Shown: positions 55,301 through 64,000 of the stretch, piece by piece | Position numbering within the stretch: position 1 is the first letter of the stretch | Layout: each line of letters begins with the position of its first letter | NCBI GenBank assembly: GCA_964057225.1 | Contig: OZ059896.1 | Span: 4,836,001 to 4,900,000, forward strand | Direction: 5' to 3' | DNA length: 64,000 nucleotides | Source: Auanema rhodensis | Taxonomy: Eukaryota; Animalia; Nematoda | The notes under the pieces: generated by a model | Told to the model about the DNA's origin: nothing | Databases searched by the model: none | The model's input: only the letters and a program-made list of their open reading frames with translations | Made by a program: the position numbers and the translations under genes

Positions 55301-58300
55301 CATCACGTGTACATTTAATTAGCATAAATTAAAGTTCACGTAAATTTCAAACTCATGGTTACCATGCACCAATATCAATAAAAATTTGTTTTTAGAGTAA
55401 TATGGACATGGAGAATCTATTTTTAAAAACCGCATCTCTTTATCTTTCACGTGAAGCGAGTTACATACCAAGTGCACATCACGTGTACATTTAATTAGCA
55501 TAAATTAAAGTTCACGTAAATTTCAAACTCATGGTTACCATGCACCAATATCAATAAAATTTTGTTTTTAGACTAATATGGACATGGGGAATCTAATTTT
55601 GAAAACCGCATCTCTTTATCTTTCACGTGAAGCGAGTTACATACCAAGTGCACATCCCGTGTACATTTAATTAGCATAAATTAAAGTTCACGTAAATTTC
55701 AAACTCATGGTTACCATGCACCAATATCAATAAAAATTTGTTTTTAGACTAATATGGACATGGGGAATCTAATTTTGAAAACCGCATCTCTTTATCTTTC
55801 ACGTGAAGCGAGTTACATACCAAGTGCACATCACGTGTACATTTAATTAGCATAAATTAAAGTTCACTTAAATTTCAAAGTCATGGTTACCATGCATCAA
55901 TATCAATAAAATTTTGTTTTTAGACTAATATGGACATGGGGAATCTAATTTTGAAAACCGCATCTCTTTATCTTTCACGTGAAGCGAGTTACATACCAAG
56001 TGCACATCACGTGTACATTTAATTAGCATAAATTAAAGTTCACATAAATTTCAAACTCATGGTTACCATGCACCAATATCAATAAAAATTTGTTTTTAGA
56101 CTAATATGGACATGGGGAATCTAATTTTGAAAAACGCATCTCTTTATCTTTCACGTGAAGCGAGTTACATACCAAGTGCACATCACGTGTACATTTAATT
56201 AGCATAAATTAAAGTTCACGTAAATTTCAAAGTCATGGTTACCATGCACCAATATCAATAAAATTTTGTTTTTAGACTAATATGGACATGGGGAATCTAA
56301 TTTTGAAAACCGCATCTCTTTATCTTTCACGTGAAGCGAGTTACATACCAAGTGCACATCACGTGTACATTTAATTAGCATAAATTAAAGTTCACGTAAA
56401 TTTCAAACTCATGGTTACCATGAACCAATATCAATAAAAATTTGTTTTTAGACTAATATGGACATGGAGAATCTAATTATGAAAACCGCATCTCTTTATC
56501 TTTCACGTGAAGCGAGTTACATACCAAGTGCACATCACGTGTACATTTAATTAGCATAAATTAAAGTTCACGTAAATTTCAAAGTCATGGTTACCATGCA
56601 CCAATATCAATAAAATTTTGTTTTTAGACTAATATGGACATGGGGAATCTAATTTTGAAAACCGCATCTCTTTATTTTTCACGTGAAGCGAGTTACATAC
56701 CAAGTGCACATCACGTGTACATTTAATTAGCATAAATTAAAGTTCACGTAAATTTCAAAGTCATGGTTACCATGCACCAATATCAATGAAATTTTGTTTT
56801 TAGACTAATATGGACATGGGGAATCTAATTTTGAAAACCGCATCTCTTTATCTTTCACGTGAAGCGAGTTACATACCAAGTGCACATCACGTGTACATTT
56901 AATTAGCATAAATTAAAGTTCACGTAAACTTCAAACTCATGGTTACCATACACCAATATCAATAAAAATTTGTTTTTAGAGTAATATGGACATGGAGAAT
57001 CTATTTTTAAAAACCGCATCTCTTTATCTTTCACGTGAATCGAGTTACATACCAAGTGCACATCACGTGTACATTTAATTAGCATAAATTAAAGTTCACG
57101 TAAATTTCAAACTCATGGTTACCATGCACCAATATCAATAAAAATTTGTTTTTAGACTAATATGGACATGGAGAATCTAATTTTGAAAACCGCATCTCTT
57201 TATCTTTCACGTGAAGCGAGTTACATACCAAGTGCACATCACGTGTACATTTAATTAGCATAAATTAAAGTTCACGTAAATTTCAAACTCATGGTTACCA
57301 TGCACCAATATCAATACAATTTTGTTTTTAGACTAATATGGACATGGGGAATCTAATTTTGAAAACCGCATCTCTTTATCTTTCACGTGCGAGTTACATA
57401 CCAAGTGCACATCACGTGTACATTTAATTAGCATAAATTAAAGTTCACTTAAATTTCAAAGTCATGGTTACCATGCACCAATATCAATAAAAATTTGTTT
57501 TTAGACTAATATGGACATGGGGAATCTAATTTTCAAAACCGCATCTCTTTATCTTTCACGTGAAGCGAGTTACATACCAAGTGCACATCACGTGTACATT
57601 TAATTAGCATAAATTAAAGTTCACTTAAATTTGAAAGTCATGGTTACCATGCAGCAATATCAATAAAATTTTGTTTTTAGACTAATATGGACATGGGGAA
57701 TCTAATTTTGAAAACCGCATCTCTTTATCTTTCACGTGAAGCGAGTTACATACCAAGTGCACATCCCGTGTACATTTAATTAGCATAAATTAAAGTTCAC
57801 GTAAATTTCAAACTCATGGTTACCATGCACCAATATCAATAAAAATTTGTTTTTAGACTAATATGGACATGGGGAATCTATATTTGAAAAACGCATCTCT
57901 TTATCTTTCACGTGAAGCGAGTTACATACCAAGTGCACATCACGTGTACATTTAATTAGCATAAATCAAAGTTCACGTAAATTTCAAAGTCATGGTTACC
58001 ATGCACCAATATCAATAAAATTTTGTTTTTAGACTAATATGGACATGGGGAATCTAATTATGAAAACCGCATCTCTTTATCTTTCACGTGAAGCGAGTTA
58101 CATACCAAGTGCACATCACGTGTACATTTAATTAGCATAAATTAAAGTTCACGTAAATTTCAAAGTCATGGTTACCATGCACCAATATCAATAAAATTTT
58201 GTTTTTAGACTAATATGGACATGGGGAATCTAATTTTGAAAACCGCATCTCTTTATTTTTCACGTGAAGCGAGTTACATACCAAGTGCACATCACGTGTA

Positions 58301-61300
58301 CATTTAATTAGCATAAATTAAAGTTCACGTAAATTTCAAACTCATGGTTACCATACACCAATATCAATAAAAATTTGTTTTTAGACTAATATGGACATGG
58401 AGAATCTAATTTTAAAAACCGCATCTCTTTATCTTTCACGTGAAGCGAGTTACATACCAAGTGCACATCACGTGTACATTTAATTAGCATAAATTAAAGT
58501 TCACGTAAATTTCAAAGTCATGGTTACCATGCACCAATATCAATAAAATTTTGTTTTTAGACTAATATGGACATGGGGAATCTAATTTTGAAAACCGCAT
58601 CTCTTTATCTTTCACGTGAAGCGAGTTACATACCAAGTGCACATCACGTGTACATTTAATTAGCATAAATTAAAGTTCACGTAAATTTCAAACTCATGGT
58701 TACCATGCACCAATATCAATAAAAATTTGTTTTTAGACTAATATGGACATGGAGAATCTAATTTTGAAAACCGCATCTCTTTATCTTTCACGTGAAGCGA
58801 GTTACATACCAAGTGCACATCACGTGTACATTTAATTAGCATAAATTAAAGTTCACGTAAATTTCAAACTCATGGTTACCATGCACCAATATCAATAAAA
58901 ATTTGTTTTTAGAGTAATATGGACATGGAGAATCTATTTTTAAAAACCGCATCTCTTTATCTTTCACGTGAAGCGAGTTACATACCAAGTGCACATCACG
59001 TGTACATTTAATTAGCATAAATTAAAGTTCACGTAAATTTCAAAGTCATGGTTACCATGCACCAATATCAATAAAAATTTGTTTTTAGACTAATATGGAC
59101 ATGGGGAATCTAATTTTCAAAACCGCATCTCTTTATCTTTCACGTGAAGCGAGTTACATACCAAGTGCACATCACGTGTACATTTAATTAGCATACATTA
59201 AAGTTCACTTAAATTTGAAAGTCATGGTTACCATGCAGCAATATCAATAAAAATTTGTTTTTAGACTAATATGGACATGGGGAATCTATATTTGAAAAAC
59301 GCATCTCTTTATCTTTCACGTGAAGCGAGTTACATACCAAGTGCACATCACGTGTACATTTAATTAGCATAAATTAAAGTTCACGTAAATTTCAAAGTCA
59401 TGGTTACCATGCACCAATATCAATAAAATTTTGTTTTTAGACTAATATGGACATGGGGAATCTAATTTTCAAAACCGCATCTCTTTATCTTTCACGTGAA
59501 GCGAGTTACATACCAAGTGCACATCACGTGTACATTTAATTAGCATAAATTAAAGTTCACGTAAATTTCAAACTCATGGTTACCATGCACCAATATCAAT
59601 AAAAATTTGTTTTTAGACTAATATGGACATGGAGAATCTAATTTTGAAAACCGCATCTCTTTATCTTTCACGTGAAGCGAGTTACATACCAAGTGCACAT
59701 CACGTGTACATTTAATTAGCATAAATTAAAGTTCACGTAAATTTCAAACTCATGGTTACCATGCACCAATATCAATAAAAATTTGTTTTTAGAGTAATAT
59801 GGACATGGAGAATCTATTTTTAAAAACCGCATCTCTTTATCTTTCACGTGAAGCGAGTTACATACCAAGTGCACATCACGTGTACATTTAATTAGCATAA
59901 ATTAAAGTTCACGTAAATTTCAAACTCATGGTTACCATGCACCAATATCAATAAAATTTTGTTTTTAGACTAATATGGACATGGGGAATCTAATTTTGAA
60001 AACCGCATCTCTTTATCTTTCACGTGAAGCGAGTTACATACCAAGTGCACATCCCGTGTACATTTAATTAGCATAAATTAAAGTTCACGTAAATTTCAAA
60101 GTCATGGTTACCATGCACCAATATCAATAAAAATTTGTTTTTAGACTAATATGGACATGGGGAATCTAATTTTCAAAACCGCATCTCTTTATCTTCCACG
60201 TGAAGCGAGTTACATACCAAGTGCACATCACGTGTACATTTAATTAGCATAAATTAAAGTTCACTTAAATTTGAAAGTCATGGTTACCATGCAGCAATAT
60301 CAATAAAATTTTGTTTTTAGACTAATATGGACATGGGGAATCTAATTTTGAAAACCGCATCTCTTTATCTTTCACGTGAAGCGAGTTACATACCAAGTGC
60401 ACATCCCGTGTACATTTAATTAGCATAAATTAAAGTTCACGTAAATTTCAAACTCATGGTTACCATGCACCAATATCAATAAAAATTTGTTTTTAGACTA
60501 ATATGGACATGGGGAATCTATATTTGAAAAACGCATCTCTTTATCTTTCACGTGAAGCGAGTTACATACCAAGTGCACATCACGTGTACATTTAATTAGC
60601 ATAAATCAAAGTTCACGTAAATTTCAAAGTCATGGTTACCATGCACCAATATCAATAAAATTTTGTTTTTAGACTAATATGGACATGGGGAATCTAATTA
60701 TGAAAACCGCATCTCTTTATCTTTCACGTGAAGCGAGTTACATACCAAGTGCACATCACGTGTACATTTAATTAGCATAAATTAAAGTTCACGTAAATTT
60801 CAAAGTCATGGTTACCATGCACCAATATCAATAAAATTTTGTTTTTAGACTAATATGGACATGGGGAATCTAATTTTGAAAACCGCATCTCTTTATTTTT
60901 CACGTGAAGCGAGTTACATACCAAGTGCACATCACGTGTACATTTAATTAGCATAAATTAAAGTTCACGTAAATTTCAAACTCATGGTTACCATATACCA
61001 ATATCAATAAAAATTTGTTTTTAGACTAATATGGACATGGAGAATCTAATTTTAAAAACCGCATCTCTTTATCTTTCACGTGAAGCGAGTTACATACCAA
61101 GTGCACATCACGTGTACATTTAATTAGCATAAATTAAAGTTCACGTAAATTTCAAAGTCATGGTTACCATGCACCAATATCAATAAAATTTTGTTTTTAG
61201 ACTAATATGGACATGGGGAATCTAATTTTGAAAACCGCATCTCTTTATCTTTCACGTGAAGCGAGTTACATACCAAGTGCACATCACGTGTACATTTAAT

Positions 61301-64000
61301 TAGCATAAATTAAAGTTCACGTAAATTTCAAACTCATGGTTACCATGAACCAATATCAATAAAAATTTGTTTTTAGACTAATATGGACATGGGGAATCTA
61401 ATTTTGAAAACCGCATCTCTTTATCTTTCACGTGAAGCGAGTTACATACCAAGTGCACATCACGTGTACATTTAATTAGCATAAATTAAAGTTCACTTAA
61501 ATTTCAAAGTCATGGTTACCATGCATCAATATCAATAAAATTTTGTTTTTAGACTAATATGGACATGGGGAATCTAATTTTGAAAACCGCATCTCTTTAT
61601 CTTTCACGTGAAGCGAGTTACATACCAAGTGCACATCACGTGTACATTTAATTAGCATAAATTAAAGTTCACATAAATTTCAAACTCATGGTTACCATGC
61701 ACCAATATCAATAAAAATTTGTTTTTAGACTAATATGGACATGGGGAATCTAATTTTGAAAAACGCATCTCTTTATCTTTCACGTGAAGCGAGTTACATA
61801 CCAAGTGCACATCACGTGTACATTTAATTAGCATAAATTAAAGTTCACGTAAATTTCAAAGTCATGGTTACCATGCACCAATATCAATAAAATTTTGTTT
61901 TTAGACTAATATGGACATGGGGAATCTAATTTTGAAAACCGCATCTCTTTATCTTTCACGTGAAGCGAGTTACATACCAAGTGCACATCACGTGTACATT
62001 TAATTAGCATAAATTAAAGTTCACGTAAATTTCAAACTCATGGTTACCATGAACCAATATCAATAAAAATTTGTTTTTAGACTAATATGGACATGGAGAA
62101 TCTAATTATGAAAACCGCATCTCTTTATCTTTCACGTGAAGCGAGTTACATACCAAGTGCACATCACGTGTACATTTAATTAGCATAAATTAAAGTTCAC
62201 GTAAATTTCAAAGTCATGGTTACCATGCACCAATATCAATAAAATTTTGTTTTTAGACTAATATGGACATGGGGAATCTAATTTTGAAAACCGCATCTCT
62301 TTATTCTTCACGTGAAGCGAGTTACATACCAAGTGCACATCACGTGTACATTTAATTAGCATAAATTAAAGTTCACGTAAATTTCAAAGTCATGGTTACC
62401 ATGCACCAATATCAATGAAATTTTGTTTTTAGACTAATATGGACATGGGGAATCTAATTTTGAAAACCGCATCTCTTTATCTTTCACGTGAAGCGAGTTA
62501 CATACCAAGTGCACATCACGTGTACATTTAATTAGCATAAATTAAAGTTCACGTAAACTTCAAACTCATGGTTACCATACACCAATATCAATAAAAATTT
62601 GTTTTTAGAGTAATATGGACATGGAGAATCTATTTTTAAAAACCGCATCTCTTTATCTTTCACGTGAATCGAGTTACATACCAAGTGCACATCACGTGTA
62701 CATTTAATTAGCATAAATTAAAGTTCACGTAAATTTCAAACTCATGGTTACCATGCACCAATATCAATAAAAATTTGTTTTTAGACTAATATGGACATGG
62801 AGAATCTAATTTTGAAAACCGCATCTCTTTATCTTTCACGTGAAGCGAGTTACATACCAAGTGCACATCACGTGTACATTTAATTAGCATAAATTAAAGT
62901 TCACGTAAATTTCAAACTCATGGTTACCATGCACCAATATCAATACAATTTTGTTTTTAGACTAATATGGACATGGGGAATCTAATTTTGAAAACCGCAT
63001 CTCTTTATCTTTCACGTGCGAGTTACATACCAAGTGCACATCACGTGTACATTTAATTAGCATAAATTAAAGTTCACTTAAATTTCAAAGTCATGGTTAC
63101 CATGCACCAATATCAATAAAAATTTGTTTTTAGACTAATATGGACATGGGGAATCTAATTTTCAAAACCGCATCTCTTTATCTTTCACGTGAAGCGAGTT
63201 ACATACCAAGTGCACATCACGTGTACATTTAATTAGCATAAATTAAAGTTCACTTAAATTTGAAAGTCATGGTTACCATGCAGCAATATCAATAAAATTT
63301 TGTTTTTAGACTAATATGGACATGGGGAATCTAATTTTGAAAACCGCATCTCTTTATCTTTCACGTGAAGCGAGTTACATACCAAGTGCACATCCCGTGT
63401 ACATTTAATTAGCATAAATTAAAGTTCACGTAAATTTCAAACTCATGGTTACCATGCACCAATATCAATAAAAATTTGTTTTTAGACTAATATGGACATG
63501 GGGAATCTATATTTGAAAAACGCATCTCTTTATCTTTCACGTGAAGCGAGTTACATACCAAGTGCACATCACGTGTACATTTAATTAGCATAAATCAAAG
63601 TTCACGTAAATTTCAAAGTCATGGTTACCATGCACCAATATCAATAAAATTTTGTTTTTAGACTAATATGGACATGGGGAATCTAATTATGAAAACCGCA
63701 TCTCTTTATCTTTCACGTGAAGCGAGTTACATACCAAGTGCACATCACGTGTACATTTAATTAGCATAAATTAAAGTTCACGTAAATTTCAAAGTCATGG
63801 TTACCATGCACCAATATCAATAAAATTTTGTTTTTAGACTAATATGGACATGGGGAATCTAATTTTGAAAACCGCATCTCTTTATTTTTCACGTGAAGCG
63901 AGTTACATACCAAGTGCACATCACGTGTACATTTAATTAGCATAAATTAAAGTTCACGTAAATTTCAAACTCATGGTTACCATACACCAATATCAATAAA
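40372..64000 (-). repeat. Outer variant domain (subfamily A), right, with a 25-mer higher-order repeat (4397 bp) and 23- and 32-mer variants
   Basis: ORF-marked monomers recur every 4397 bp = 25x176-3 (50224/54621/59018; 51104/55501/59898; 52688/57085). The 3-bp-deletion monomers at ~48947, 52992, 57389 and 63018 are spaced 4045, 4397 and 5629 bp. Confidence 0.9.
44900..47700 (-). repeat. Right-arm-specific tandem duplication of 8 monomers (1408 bp)
   Basis: TTGGAAACCG at ~45223 and ~46631 (single left copy GGTTTCCAAA at ~8372). ORFs starting at 45651 and 47059 both mirror 7945. Ends approximate. Confidence 0.85.

Larger units (their letters stand above)
25393..64000 (-). repeat. 176-bp tandem satellite array, right arm (~219 monomers, reverse-complement orientation)
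   Basis: From 25393 the sequence reads GTGTACATTTAATTAGCATAAATTAAAGTTCACG..., the reverse complement of the monomer. All ORF hits beyond this point are on the minus strand. Confidence 0.99.

Noticed and set aside
2140-62714. 24 near-identical 60-aa ORFs (MLIKCTRDVHLVCNS...)
   Set aside because: Each is one monomer plus 7 bp, open only where the consensus TAG is mutated (TAG>TAC or GAG). Most monomers carry the stop, and there is no recognisable domain or gene context. They are useful only as variant markers.
1-64000. CRISPR array
   Set aside because: There are no unique spacers (the entire 176-bp unit repeats) and no cas genes.
1-64000. Embedded transposon or other unique sequence
   Set aside because: The 176-bp register is kept throughout, apart from the 3-bp deletions, one 1-bp deletion and the 6-bp insertion, leaving no room for foreign sequence.

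Overview
The whole 64-kb window is one AT-rich (~32% GC by hand count) tandem satellite, most likely eukaryotic centromeric or pericentromeric DNA; I cannot name the family or organism. It has about 364 copies of a 176-bp monomer (consensus ATGCTAATTAAATGTACACGTGATGTGCACTTGGTATGTAACTCGCTTCACGTGAAAGATAAAGAGATGCGGTTTTCAAAATTAGATTCCCCATGTCCATATTAGTCTAAAAACAAATTTTTATTGATATTGGTGCATGGTAACCATGACTTTGAAATTTACGTGAACTTTAATTT). I found no genes, RNA genes, transposons or CRISPR arrays, and the 60-aa ORFs are incidental read-throughs of variant monomers. The main structure is an orientation switch at 25392/25393, inside a CACGTG. Rare monomer variants show that the two sides are mirror copies, forming a giant palindrome (inverted duplication) of at least ~55 kb (position 1 mirrors ~54827). 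The centre carries a perfect 36-bp palindrome, one unpaired monomer and a 6-bp apparently templated insertion, which fits fold-back repair with template switching. Since the duplication, the arms have diverged by whole-monomer duplications and deletions, conversion-like patches and about a dozen point changes. Two variant subfamilies are nested symmetrically: an inner domain B, and an outer domain A with a 25-mer (4397-bp) higher-order repeat. All coordinates and counts were derived by eye and by arithmetic on the ORF track.
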